DNA of 22,244 nucleotides, taken from Octopus sinensis. Taxonomy: Eukaryota. Below, piece after piece: positions 1 to 10,502 of this stretch (position 1 is its first letter; every line of letters starts with the position of its first letter). The DNA is taken from the NCBI RefSeq assembly GCF_006345805.1, contig NW_021836966.1:1-22244 (forward strand). Direction: 5' to 3'. Position numbers and translations under genes: made by a program. The notes under the pieces were generated by a model. It had not been told where the DNA came from. It saw only the letters and a list, made by a program, of their open reading frames with translations, and did no database searches.

Positions 1-15
1 CTAATTTATATATGT

Positions 16-77
16 ATATTATATTTTGTGAAATTTGATTTAGCATTCTAAATTGAATTTTTCCCTGTAAGTTTGGA
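16..77 (+). repeat. Dispersed repeat fragment, second copy of 15100-15164 (sequence downstream of the large hammerhead palindrome)
   Basis: tatattatatt.tgtgaaatttgatttag.att.ctaaattgaa.tttttccctgtaagtt.gga shared with 15100-15164, with a few substitutions/indels. Confidence 0.65.
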
Positions 78-110
<33 letters not shown>

Positions 111-132
111 TACATACATATATATATATATA

Positions 133-429
133 TTATTTATGCGCCCTTTTCAAGCCTAACCGGGCTCATGGGCCCGGTTTCCTGGTTTCTATGGCGTATG
201 TGTTCCCCCCAGCTGGACAGGATGCCAGTCCACTTCAGCATTACTCAAGAAACAGGAAGAAAGAATGAGAGAAAGTTGGGGCAAAAGAGTACAACAGGGG
301 GCGCCACCCACCCCCCCTGCTGGAGCCTCGTGGAGTTTTAGATGTTTTTGCTCAATAAATACACACAACGCCTGGTCTGGGAATCGAAACTGCGATCCCC
401 CGACTGAAAATCTGCTGCCCTAACCACTA
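133..429 (-). mobile_element. tRNA-derived SINE (gtggagg-head group), slightly 5'-truncated
   Basis: Minus strand: A-box remnant tagtggttag, B-box gtttcgattcc; head and body align with 12753-13136, 3' part resembles 15947-16256; A/T-rich tail. Confidence 0.85.
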
Positions 430-440
430 TATATTACACA

Positions 441-650
441 TGATGGTGTGCTGAAAAGTTCCAGTAAAAGAAAATACAGGAGGATCTGTTAATTATGGTT
501 TTATTTAATATATTTCCCTCTCAGGTTCACACGCTTATTGCAGTGGCCTTTCAGTTTTTCTAAGCCCTGTAAAAAATACTCAGAAGGTTGGGCCTCCAAC
601 TAAGCCTTTCAGGATAACCTTAAAGCCAGGAACTTTTCAGCACTCTTTCA
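441..650 (-). mobile_element. Mariner-derived MITE retaining the transposase C-terminus
   Basis: Perfect 15-bp inverted repeats gtgctgaaaagttcc (448-462) / ggaacttttcagcac (629-643); minus 599-501 translates LEAQPSEYFLQGLEKLKGHCNKRVNLRGKYIK*, resembling the mariner C-terminal F..GI.KL..RW.KCV...G.Y.E* pattern. Confidence 0.85.
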
Positions 651-686
651 TATATGTATATATATATATATATATTATTATTATTA

Positions 687-740
<54 letters not shown>

Positions 741-753
741 TATTATTATTATT
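651..753. repeat. (TA)n then (ATT)n microsatellite
   Basis: Directly visible. Confidence 0.95.
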
Positions 754-1303
754 GAGTGAGAGAGCACTGCATGCCATCAAAGTGACACTGGGGTAAAATA
801 TACAAAGCCCAGTATATCCATCATGACTAACTGTCTGATAAGGGTACACTAGGCACATGCATCACAACCATATGTGCACGACATGGTGATCTCATAACAA
901 GATAAACAGCACATGACCTTGCAGGTAGGGCCCAATTAGAATTTTTTTCTGGTCGAGTAGCCCATCTCACTCAAAAGGTCCCTGAATGAGGGTTGTTTAA
1001 GGATGTTGAATAAAACACCCATGTTTCCAGAAGTGAATTATTCAAACCCCAAATAATCCCTCTCAACACATGGCTATGATGTTCCCCACTACTTCTGCTC
1101 ATGATCAGAGATGCACATATCGTCAGCCACTAAGGGACATGCTCAACTGGTTACGGTCAAACACTGACAAGCAATCTGTGGTATTGAGCAGAATATTTGC
1201 TGTAGCCCATCTTTTATACCAGACACAACAATGTACATGATAACACTTCCAATCAGTTAATATCAGAAGCCATGAAAGCCACTGTCTGGTACTGCATCAG
1301 GGC

Positions 1304-1306
<3 letters not shown>
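754..1306 (-). mobile_element. ~555 bp unclassified interspersed repeat embedded in (ATT)n, copy 1
   Basis: Reverse-complement match along its length to 3433-3988 and 17362-17863; flanked by (ATT)n on both sides. Strand assignment is inferred from which end is truncated in copy 3. Confidence 0.85.
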
Positions 1307-1364
<58 letters not shown>

Positions 1365-1390
1365 TATTATTATTATTTTATTATTATTAT
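1307..1390. repeat. (ATT)n microsatellite
   Basis: Directly visible. Confidence 0.95.
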
Positions 1391-1645
1391 TCATCATCGT
1401 TTAACGTCCGCTTTCGATGCTAGCATGGGTTGGACGGTTCAACTGGGGTCTGGAAAGCCCGAAGGCTGCACTAGGCCAGTCAGATCTGGCAGTGTTTCTA
1501 CAGCTGGATGCCCTTCGTAACACCAACCACTCCGTGAGTGTAGTGGGTGCTTTTTATGTGCCACCGACACAGGCGCCAGACGAGGCTGGCACGGCACCGA
1601 TCGGATGGTGTTTGTTACGTGCCACCAGCACGGAGGCCAAGTCTT
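1391..1645 (-). mobile_element. Retroposon (SINE/LINE-type) 3' tail ending gcggacgttaaacgatgatga
   Basis: Same terminus as plus-strand fragment 6618-6665 (tagcatggaaagcggacgttaaatgatgatg); (GAT)n tail; internal duplicated gtgccacc unit. Confidence 0.7.
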
Positions 1646-3305
1646 GCATGCGCAGCGGGCTTACTACCTGTAGCCTACGGTACCATGCTATTCATTCTTT
1701 TCAGCTATCTAATACTTTTCTGATTATTCTGGCCGTACCAAGGAAGCAAACCTTTTGTAACAGTTCTACTGGGCACTCTTATTCTGGTTTCCTGTATATT
1801 CCCCTTGATGCCTTCTGTTGGTTCCCAAGGACATAACATTAATTAGCACTATCTTCACCTTCTTCATTTTCCATAGCCAGGCTATTTTGTACTTAAGGGG
1901 GTTATATCTATCTTTTTATCACTTTCTTTTTTGACTATTTGTGAGTCAAAGAGGCATGCAACATCAACTATTTAGCATATGTGATGCACCTTGTCCATCA
2001 TCACTAGGTCCGGTCTCCACTCTCTGTGGTTTGTGCTCATACCACATCTTGTCTCTCTCTAGCTTGCACTTTTTGCACAGTTTCCAATGTAGCTAACTTT
2101 CACTACCTGATCATGTCACCACAACTTGTAGTAGTTTTGAGCAAATCTAGGGCATTCACACATGATAAGGGCAATGGTTTCATCTACTCTATTGCAGATG
2201 CAGCACAGCAGAGACACTTGCTCATTCCTAAAGTTGACCCTTCAGTTCATGGTCAACGCTTGGTCTTACACTGCCAGTATAGTGCTCTCCAGTCTCTTTT
2301 TTTAATGTTCCTTTCATCAGCCAATCCCACCTATTTTTACCAGCAATTTCTGTTGTGGCTACATGGAATTGATTGTGTACTCCCTTCTTGCGTAATTATT
2401 CTTCCTGCCCTTTTTGTACTTCTTCCTTTGTTTTCCCCTTTTTTCTCTGCTCTCAATACTCCCTCATTCCTAACTGTCATAAGCTAGGTTTCCTTACTTT
2501 GGACTAGGTATCCCATTAAACTCTCGAGTTCGATACGCATGCAATCTTCCACAATTATCAGTCCTTTTCCTCCATTTGCTCTCTTCATGTATTGTTGATC
2601 AGTGTCTGCACGTGGATAATGGGCTCCATGCATCGTCAGGAGCTTTCTTGACTACCTGTCCATCTCCTTTAGCTCCTTCTCTGTCCTCTTCAGCATTCCA
2701 GCGTCAAACCAAATTACTGCGACTGCGCGTGAGTTTATCGCTGAAATTATGTTTCTTACACTCACCTTTCAAGCCAATATTTTTCTCACTCGCCGCAGGT
2801 AATCTCTTTTTTTGTCTTTTCCTTCATGACGTGGTGTTTTATTCCATCTGCCTCAAGTATTCCCAGGCATTTATAGCTGGATTGAGGTTGAATTGCCTTC
2901 ATCATTTCACCACTTAGCAACCCTAAGCCTTCTGTCTTGGCAAGCTTTCCTCGTCTCATCACCATCGTAGCATATTTTAAGAGTCCGAAATCCATTTTAA
3001 TATAATTGGAGAAAATCTGCATAGACTGGACTAGGCAGTTCAGTTCTGCCTCACTTTTTAGGAATAGCTTCAAGTTGTCCATGAATAGCAAGTGGTTCAG
3101 TTTTGCCTTACCTCTTCCCAAATCATACTCCAAATTTGTTATCTGTAGCATTTCACTCAAGGGGATCATTCCCAGCACGAAGATCAGTGGGGGAGACACT
3201 GTCCCCCTGGAAGATTCTTCTCTTGATTTTCACCTCTCCTAATACTTGATTCCTTGCTGTCAATTCCATCCTATAGCACTTTAGGCTATTCCATATATGG
3301 CTCCT
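1646..3305 (-). mobile_element. Decayed, 5'-truncated RLE-type non-LTR retrotransposon (R4/Dong-like)
   Basis: Manual translation: RT motifs IFQGDSVSP and LNHLLFMDNLKLF, YLRRVRK..AINSRAV..RKLLTMHG..GGKGL, Zn-knuckle-like CCICNRVDETIALIMCEC (~2140-2205), RPDLV..IVDVAC nuclease motif (~1940-2016), C-terminus LLQKVCFLGTARIIRKVLDS* (stop 1701-1703). Confidence 0.9.
1701..3290 (-). pseudogene. Reverse transcriptase / restriction-like endonuclease ORF remnant
   Basis: Multiple in-frame stops and frameshifts; catalytic FMDD reads FMDN; tracked ORF 2786..3199 is its largest open piece. Confidence 0.9.
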
Positions 3306-3421
3306 TGCTGCATTATGAAGTAATATAATAATGATGATGATGATGATGACGATGACAACAACGATGACGACAATGATGATTGATGATAATGATGATGTTT
3401 ATAATAATAATAATAATAATA
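3306..3421. repeat. Compound (ATA)/(ATG)/(GAC) trinucleotide microsatellite
   Basis: Directly visible. Confidence 0.9.
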
Positions 3422-3432
3422 AGGCAATGGCT

Positions 3433-3988
3433 AATGCCCTGATGCAGTACCAGACAGTGGTTCTCATGGCTTCTGATCTTAACTGATTGGAAGTGTTATC
3501 ATGTACATTGTTTTGTCTTGGTATAAAAGATGGGCTACAACAAATATTCTGCTCAATACCATAGATTTGCTAGTCAGTTGTTTGACCGTAACCAGTTGAG
3601 CATGTCCCTTAGTGGCTGACGATATGTGCATCTCTGATCACGAGCAGAAGTAGTGGGGGAGCATCATAGCCATGTTTTGAGAGGGATTCTTTGGGGTTTG
3701 AATAATTCACCTCTGGAAACATGGGTGGTTCTTTCAACATCCTTAAACAACCCTTATTCAGGGACCGCTTGAGCGGGATGGCTACTCAACCTGAAGAAAA
3801 TTCTAACTGGGCCCCACCTGCAAGGTCATGTGCTGTTTATCTTGATATGAGATCACCATGTCGCGCACATATGGTTGTGATGCATGTGCCTGGTGTGCCC
3901 TTATCAGACGGGTAGTCATGATGGGTATATTGGTCTTCGTATATTTTACCCCAGTGTCACTTTGATGGCATGAACTGCTCTCTCACTC
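3433..3988 (+). mobile_element. ~555 bp (AAT)n-embedded repeat, copy 2
   Basis: aatgccctgatgcagtacc...ctctctcactc followed by (AAT)n; matches 754-1306 (rc). Confidence 0.85.
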
Positions 3989-4194
3989 AATAATAATAAT
4001 AACAATAGTAATCAGGAGAAGCCATGGGGGAGCCTGAAGAGAATACTGTAACAAGACCAACCATGGGGCGGGGTGCAGGTGAGGGAGAAGGGTTGTGCTG
4101 ATGAGAATGGTAAAAATAATGGTTGGATGAAAGAATTTTGATAATCTGTATAGACATGAATGGGACTTTTCAAATATAGCTAACCTTGTTGTAA

Positions 4195-4223
4195 CATAAC
4201 AACAACAACTGCTGCTGCTGCTG

Positions 4224-4257
<34 letters not shown>

Positions 4258-4285
4258 CACCAATTTTACTATTACTACTGCTGTT
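4195..4285. repeat. Compound (CAA)(CTG)(CTA)(CCA) microsatellite
   Basis: Directly visible. Confidence 0.9.
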
Positions 4286-4351
4286 ATCTGTATATAAGTC
4301 AACATCTGTTGGCAAATAATCACTGATAAATATTCTCTTATTCTTTTTTTA

Positions 4352-4440
4352 AAATTCTTTTACTTGTTTCAGTCATTGGACAGCGGTCATGCCGGAGTAC
4401 TACCTTGAAAAGTTTAGTCAAGCAAACCAGGACTTATTTT
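4352..4440 (-). mobile_element. 3' fragment of SINE family A
   Basis: ttgtttcagtcatt.gac.gcgg.catg..ggag resembles the tail at 9411-9480. Confidence 0.6.
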
Positions 4441-4520
4441 TGTATGTTTAATATTTTCTCTCTAACTGTGTATTTTTCGTTAAACAACTATTGTTACATG
4501 GATGTAAACAAACCATCATT

Positions 4521-4643
4521 TACATTATTTACATTCGATGGATATTTGTCCTCATCTTGTTTGTTATTAACACAATGTTTTGGCTGTTATACCCTCCAGC
4601 CTTCATCAGGTGTCTTGGGGAAATTTTGAACCTGGGTTCTCAT

Positions 4644-4708
<65 letters not shown>

Positions 4709-4724
4709 TTGTTGTTGTTGTTGC

Positions 4725-4767
<43 letters not shown>

Positions 4768-4884
4768 AATACTACTACTACTATTATCATTATTATTACT
4801 ATTATTATTCTGGTCACTGCTTGAAATTGAACTCAGAATCTGGGGTTAGTAGCCTGTACTCTTACACCATATTCCATGCAGTGA

Positions 4885-4938
<54 letters not shown>

Positions 4939-5117
4939 TAATAACATCAAAAAATACCTTAGGAATGAGAACCCACGTTCAAAATTTTCGCAAGACACCT
5001 GAAGAAGGCTGGAGGGTATATCAGCCGAAACATTGTGTTAACAACAAACAAGATGAGGACAAATATCCGTCGAATGTAAATAATGTACATAATTCCTCAT
5101 CTCTTAAATATAGAACT
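4521..5117. mobile_element. Palindromic element, locus 1: Penelope-like tail(-) / triplet microsatellite / tRNA-like heads / (AAT)n / Penelope-like tail(+)
   Basis: 4521-4647 is the reverse complement (with substitutions) of ~4961-5087; centre 4810-4888 holds inverted tRNA-like head remnants; hammerhead-like cores at 4569-4614(-) and 4994-5039(+). Confidence 0.8.
4994..5039 (+). ncRNA. Minimal type I hammerhead ribozyme-like motif (family 1), partly decayed
   Basis: gacac CTGAAGA a ggctg-gagggtatat-cagcc GAAA catt gtgtt: core boxes, stem II and stem I (gacac/gtgtt) present; stem III reads catt instead of cgtt (CpG decay). Confidence 0.6.
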
Positions 5118-5124
5118 GTAAAAC

Positions 5125-5325
5125 CATCATTTGTTATCAAGCTGTGGTGGAGGAGAAACAGAAAGACACACAAGCTTCCTCAGAGTTTCCGTTTACCAAA
5201 TCCACTAACAAGGCACTGAGCGACCCTGGGGCAATGGTAGAAGAAACTTGCTCAAGGTTCTGCGCAGTAGGACTGAACCCAAAACTAGGTGGTTGCAAAC
5301 CAAACTGCTTAAGCACCTAATCATG
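5125..5325 (-). mobile_element. Diverged SINE family A fragment (head and body)
   Basis: agtttccgtttaccaaatccact..aaggc..tagaagaaacttgctcaagg..gggactgaaccc-like blocks match 9670-9800. Confidence 0.65.
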
Positions 5326-6239
5326 CTGTGCTAGTCTGATAGATGAATTACTTTAAAATGAAAAGTTAATATTTAATTTAAACAGAACAGTTTATAAGAA
5401 TTCTCTACTAACTCTGAGGAATATTCATGAAATGAAATACAATTCTTTTGTTGGGTTTTCAAATTAATTTACGACAGTAAAACTTCCACCAAAAATGTCC
5501 TGGTGTCAATTGTTGTTTTAGCTGTGAGGCTGAAGTAATCTAGTAGAAAATGACTTATCCACAGAGACAAGGGCTAGGATGGAGCTGAATTCAACATGTC
5601 TTGGTAACAAGGTATATCGCTTAAGAATCCATGTTACATGATAAAATTATGTAAAGGAAGTTGAAGAGTACTTCATTGTACGGACTTGTTTCTTTGGCTC
5701 TTGTAAAAACATTCCAAATAAAACCTTTATAAAATATCTACTAGGAGAGTCAAGACTATTGAAAAGGTTGCAAGACGCAACAAGAATTTTACAAAAATGA
5801 AAAAAAAACAAGTGTAAATTTTACCGGTGAGTGTGTTAAATTATAAGGCACAAAAAGCAAATGTCTCTCCACAGACACAACAGAATATGCTTCAACACAT
5901 GAACTCAAATAAAAGAATCTTGCAAACCAAATCCAAAAACAAAATAAGAAAAATAAATACAATCAAGAAATTACCAAGCAATCTTTGTAATTTATGTTTG
6001 TATTCTTCCTGTTGGAGATATTTCTTCTGCATTTACTCTGTATATTATAACCAGTAATACTTCTAAATTTGATAGAACTGCATCACTTTACTGAAAGTGT
6101 ATTGAATGATGATAATCTACAAGGAACACTAACTTCACCAGAAGCAGTCATATATCTAACTGCCTGTATGAGATATACTAAAATATCTAATATCAAGTTT
6201 GTCTTTCCCACCTTTTGTGCCAGCCAGGAATCCATTCTT

Positions 6240-6469
6240 ATTTCCTTATTGCCCACAAGGGGCTACACACAGAGTGGACAAACAAGGACAGACAAATGGA
6301 TTAAGTCAATTATATCGACCCTAGTGAGTAACTGGTACTTATTTAATCGAGTCCGAAAGGATGAAAGGCAAAGTCGATCTCGGCGGAATTTGAACTCAGA
6401 ACATAGTGGCGGACGAAATACTGCTAAGCATTTCACCCGGTGTGCTAAAGTTTCTGCCAGCTCGCCGCC
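6240..6469 (-). mobile_element. tRNA-derived SINE family B, near full length
   Basis: Head ggcggcgagctggcagaa, B-box gagttcaaattcc, body gactttgcctttcatcctttcgg; matches 7257-7418 and 19079-19307. Confidence 0.85.
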
Positions 6470-6617
6470 GGGAATCCATTCTATCCAGCTGCATACTCCT
6501 GGTGGCAACAAGGGGAGTCTTTCTTTCAGTTAAGTACATGATAGTACATGAATGATACTCATGTACGAAGTATGATGTTGCATGATAACAAAACACAAAT
6601 CATGAAGGTGGAAGATA

Positions 6618-6665
6618 TGCTAGCATGGAAAGCGGACGTTAAATGATGATGATGATGATGATGAT
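6618..6665 (+). mobile_element. Isolated retroposon 3' tail with (GAT)n
   Basis: Matches rc of 1391-1430. Confidence 0.65.
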
Positions 6666-7189
6666 ATATATATAAAGGATGGAGGAACTCTTGAGAGTCA
6701 ACAGCCATCCAATAAATGTGTAATTTTTTGTTTTCTTAAGGCTTAAGGCTGTATCATGCGCGGGGACATAGAAATAATTGGACTGAATACCCGATTGCGT
6801 GGTTAAACCATTGGAAGTGAAGGACTCCTAGCCTTTGTTAGGGCATCCTTCTAGGAGAATGTAACTCAGGTAACTGGGATAATTCCGACATAAAACCTGC
6901 AGCTCAGTGGTTACCGATGATGTTGACTTGTTCTTCTTTTCGGATTATGGCTGCTGTTGCTTAGTGAGTGGGATTGACTCAGTGCACAGCCTTTCGTCAC
7001 TTTAAAAAAAATCTTCCTGCACAGGCATTACACGATAACAACATTGTTCATGATTGTTGATTGTGCTGTGAGTCTCAACTGAATGGCTAGCTATAGCCTT
7101 AAAAAGCAAATAAAAGTCACATTCGATCACAGCACCAATAACAGTTAAGCTTCGTGCAATGGCCATATTCGATAACAAGGGGGCAGCCA

Positions 7190-7256
7190 TCATCATCATA
7201 TATATATGTGTGTGTGCATGTGTGTGTGTTGTGTGTGTGTGTGTGTATATGTGTGT
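7190..7256. repeat. (CAT)/(TA)/(GT) microsatellite
   Basis: Directly visible. Confidence 0.9.
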
Positions 7257-7418
7257 ATGTTCTGAGTTCAAATTCCGCCGAGGTCGACTTTACCTTTCAT
7301 CCTTTCGGGGTCGATAAATAAAGTACCAGTTTCTCACTGGGGTCAATGTAATTGACTTACTCCCTTTGTCTGTCCTTGTTTGTCCCCTCTATGTTTAGCC
7401 CCTTGTGGGCAGTAAAGA
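7257..7418 (+). mobile_element. SINE family B, 5'-truncated
   Basis: atgttctgagttcaaattccgccgaggtcgac...ccccttgtgggcagtaaag matches 6240-6469 rc. Confidence 0.85.
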
Positions 7419-8065
7419 TATATATATATATGTATGTATATATATATATATATATACCCAAAAGCTCTGAAGAACTTAAAGGAGTATGCTCCACTGGATG
7501 TGTAAGGTTAATGTGCATGAGTGAGGGAGCACAAATGAATCGAAAGAAAACTGGGTATAAATGAAAGGTATCAGACAGGTATAGTGTGCAACGGAAGTGA
7601 CTAGCTTGATATCAACACCTGATATATATGGATAGCCGGTTCAAGAAATGCAACTTATACAGGTACCATCGAACTTCATATTATGTGTATTTGTATCTGT
7701 CAATAACTTATGGCATGTGTTCAAGCATTTCAGCTTACACCCTAAACCCGTCCTTTCATAGGACTACGGGGGGTATATTTTCATTAGCTTTCTGAGACAT
7801 TCTTTATTTCAAGGTGTTATAATAAAGAAGAAGCCTTGTTCCTTTGTTTCATTCCTGGTCCATTTATACACCAGCTACTCCTCAGCCACTGTCAACACAA
7901 TTGCTATGAATTGTATGGTTAAACACGCTTATCTGCTTTTGTTCAACAGTGGCTGTTGAGGTGAATTAGTCACTGGAAACATCTAGCTATCCTTTAAGGT
8001 AACATATGGCAAATATCCTTTATTTTCTTTATGTGGTTTATCTGCGGTCCGCTATTTGAGGTCTG

Positions 8066-8126
8066 CTACTACCACTACTGCCGCTGCTCCCCACCACCGT
8101 CTCCGCCATCACTGCTGCTGCTGCTG

Positions 8127-8173
<47 letters not shown>

Positions 8174-8268
8174 ACTTCTACTGCTACCACCATCACCACT
8201 ACTGCTGCCTCTACTGCTACCACCACCACAACCACCACCACCCACCATCGCCGCTGCTGCTGCTGCTG

Positions 8269-8318
<50 letters not shown>

Positions 8319-8390
8319 GCTGCTGCTGCTGCTGCTGTTGCAACAACTACTACTACACATATACACACTCACACACACACACACACACAA
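8066..8390. repeat. Compound (CTA)/(CTG)/(CAC) trinucleotide plus (CA)n microsatellite
   Basis: Directly visible; source of four overlapping low-complexity ORFs. Confidence 0.95.
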
Positions 8391-8727
8391 TTGATGAAGT
8401 CCATGGAAAGCAAGGGAGGGGTCTTATGATAAAACACTCAGATAGACCCGAGAACAATTTACCAAAGAACAAATATCAACCTTAAAAACCTCAATACACG
8501 GGGGGTATGGCACCATTCTTCCTCTTTTCCAGGAACAATATGGTCAGACATGTTTCCAATCAAAATTTGAACAGTAATCTTCCATTATCTCCTTGTTCAA
8601 AACCTGGAATGTTTTCAAAACCAAAGTCCATTCTAACTTGTTGGGTTTTTTTTTTTTCTCAGTACGATTTCAAGTTTTTGAGTTCATGGTTGTTCCCTTG
8701 AACATTACCCTTAAAAATTAATCAATA

Positions 8728-8919
8728 GGCATAGGAGTGACTGTGTGGTAAGTAGCTTGCTTATGAACCACATAGTTCCGGGTTCAGTCCCACTGCGTGG
8801 CACCTTGGGCAAGTGTCTTCTACTATAGCCTCAGCCCGACCAAAGCCTTGAGTGGATTTGGTAGACGGAAACTGAAAGAGGCCCGTCGTATATATGTATA
8901 TATATACATACACTCACAC

Positions 8920-8951
<32 letters not shown>

Positions 8952-9121
8952 GTGTGTATATGTTTGTGTGTCTGTGTTTGTCTCCCCAACGTTGCTTGAC
9001 AACCAATGCTGGTGTGTTTACGTACCCGTAACTTAGCAGTTCAGCAAAAGACACTGATAGAATATGTACAAGGCTTACAAAGAATAAGTCCTAGGGTCAA
9101 TTTGCTCGACTAAAGGTAGTG
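8728..9121 (+). mobile_element. tRNA-derived SINE family A with internal (TA/TG) microsatellite, 3' end truncated
   Basis: Head ggcataggagtgactgtgtggtaag, B-box-like gggttcagtccc; reverse-complement match to 9393-9821. Confidence 0.85.
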
Positions 9122-9204
9122 AAAGAAGTATAAGAGTATAAGAGTACTTAGTCTTCCCTGTGCAGAAATACACCCCTTCCCCACTACCTCTATATCATAA
9201 TTCT

Positions 9205-9871
9205 TTCTTCTATAGGCACAAGGCCTGGGATTTTTTTTTTGTTTGTGGGTGTTGGGGGAAAGGAATAGTTGATTTCATCAACCCCCAGCGTTGAAGGGGT
9301 TCTTATTTTAATTGACACTGAAACAATGAAAAATGAAGACAACCTTGGTGGAACGGAATTTGAACTCAGAACTTAAAAACAGATGAAATGCCTTTCTTTT
9401 TTTTTTCTTTCATTTGTTTCAGTCATTTGACTGTGGCCGTGCTGGAGCACTGCCTTTAGTCGAGCAAATTGACCCCAGGACTTATTCTTTGTAAGCCTAG
9501 TTCTTATTCTGCCGTTCTCTTTTGCCGAACCACTAAGTTACGGAGACGTAAACACACCAGCATCGGTTGTCAAGCAATGTTGGGTGGGGGGGGGGGGACA
9601 AACACAGACACACAAACATATACACACACATACATATATATACATATGCATATATATACGATGGGCTTCTTTCAGTTTCCGTCTACTAAATCCACTCACA
9701 AAACTTTGGTCGTCCCAAGGCTATAGTAGAAGATACTTGCCCAAGGTGCCACGCAGTGGGACTGAACCCGGAACCATGTGGCTGGTAAGCAAGCTACTTA
9801 CCACACAGCCACTATTATGCCTCTAAGCATTTTGTTTGACGCGCTAACTATTCTGTCTGCTCACCCACCTT
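9205..9871 (-). mobile_element. Diverged SINE family B variant, split by a nested family A copy
   Basis: 9205-9392 (..ggaatttgaactcagaac..gaaatgcc) resumes at 9822-9871 (tctaagcatt..gcgctaac..ctcacccacc) as in 6380-6469. Confidence 0.7.
9393..9821 (-). mobile_element. SINE family A, full length, nested
   Basis: Complete head-to-tail rc match to 8728-9121 plus T-rich tail. Confidence 0.85.
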
Positions 9872-10411
9872 TATCATAATGGATGGATATTATTTGACTC
9901 CACCCAGGATTCTACCATGATGTTGACAGACAACGAATATGATTTGACCCAGAATTTATTTGTCCAATTTTTATGATTCCTGCATCCAAGATGATTTTTC
10001 AGTGACATCATTAGTTCTTATCTTTTATCTTCTTGAAGGGTTTTAATCGAACAAATCGGCACTAATGCTTTTCTTTTTTTTTTTTTCTATTCTAAGACTG
10101 GTACTTACTCTGTCAGTCTATTTTGCTTAACTGTTTGGTAATGAGGACACAAACAAACTAATACTGGTTGTCAATTGATGGTGGGAGACAAACACAGAGA
10201 TACACACACACAACACACACACACACTCGCACGCATACACACACATGCACACACTCACATACACATACATAAATGCTTGTTTTTATGTTCAGTTACTTTA
10301 CATTAATCTGATTGGTTACTCAATGCTTTCAGAGAGTACAAATTTATTATTCTTAAACAAGAATATCATTGATGATAGTGACTTCGGAGTTTCAGCCAGG
10401 TTAGCCATCAT

Positions 10412-10481
<70 letters not shown>

Positions 10482-10490
10482 GTCTGTCTG
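10412..10490. repeat. (ATCT)n tetranucleotide microsatellite
   Basis: Directly visible. Confidence 0.95.
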
Positions 10491-10502
10491 CTGAATCTAA
10501 AC

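Noticed and set aside
637-1520. Poly-Ile ORFs (637..858, 1272..1520)
   Set aside because: Translations of (ATT)n and repeat sequence; no coding signature.
3433-3500. HDV-like ribozyme at one end of the 555-bp repeat
   Set aside because: P1-like and P2-like pairings (gatgcag/ctgatc, ccagacagt/actgattgg) are partial; P3, P1.1 and the J4/2 catalytic C context could not be assigned.
4491-4849. Poly-Cys/Leu/Ala/Thr ORFs
   Set aside because: Arise from the triplet spacer of palindrome locus 1; open in several frames because the repeats lack stops.
5700-5800. IEKVARR-like peptide suggesting an ancient CR1/L2 LINE fragment
   Set aside because: Too short and degenerate; no flanking motifs in frame.
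7883-7959. Pre-miRNA-like hairpin (cagccactgt/acagtggctg)
   Set aside because: Only a 10-15 bp stem with a ~45-nt poorly paired loop and a competing local hairpin.
8031-8429. Four overlapping homopolymer-rich ORFs
   Set aside because: Compound microsatellite, not a gene.
8520-8660. Possible exon after acceptor-like ttcctcttttccag
   Set aside because: No matching donor and no recognisable peptide in any frame.
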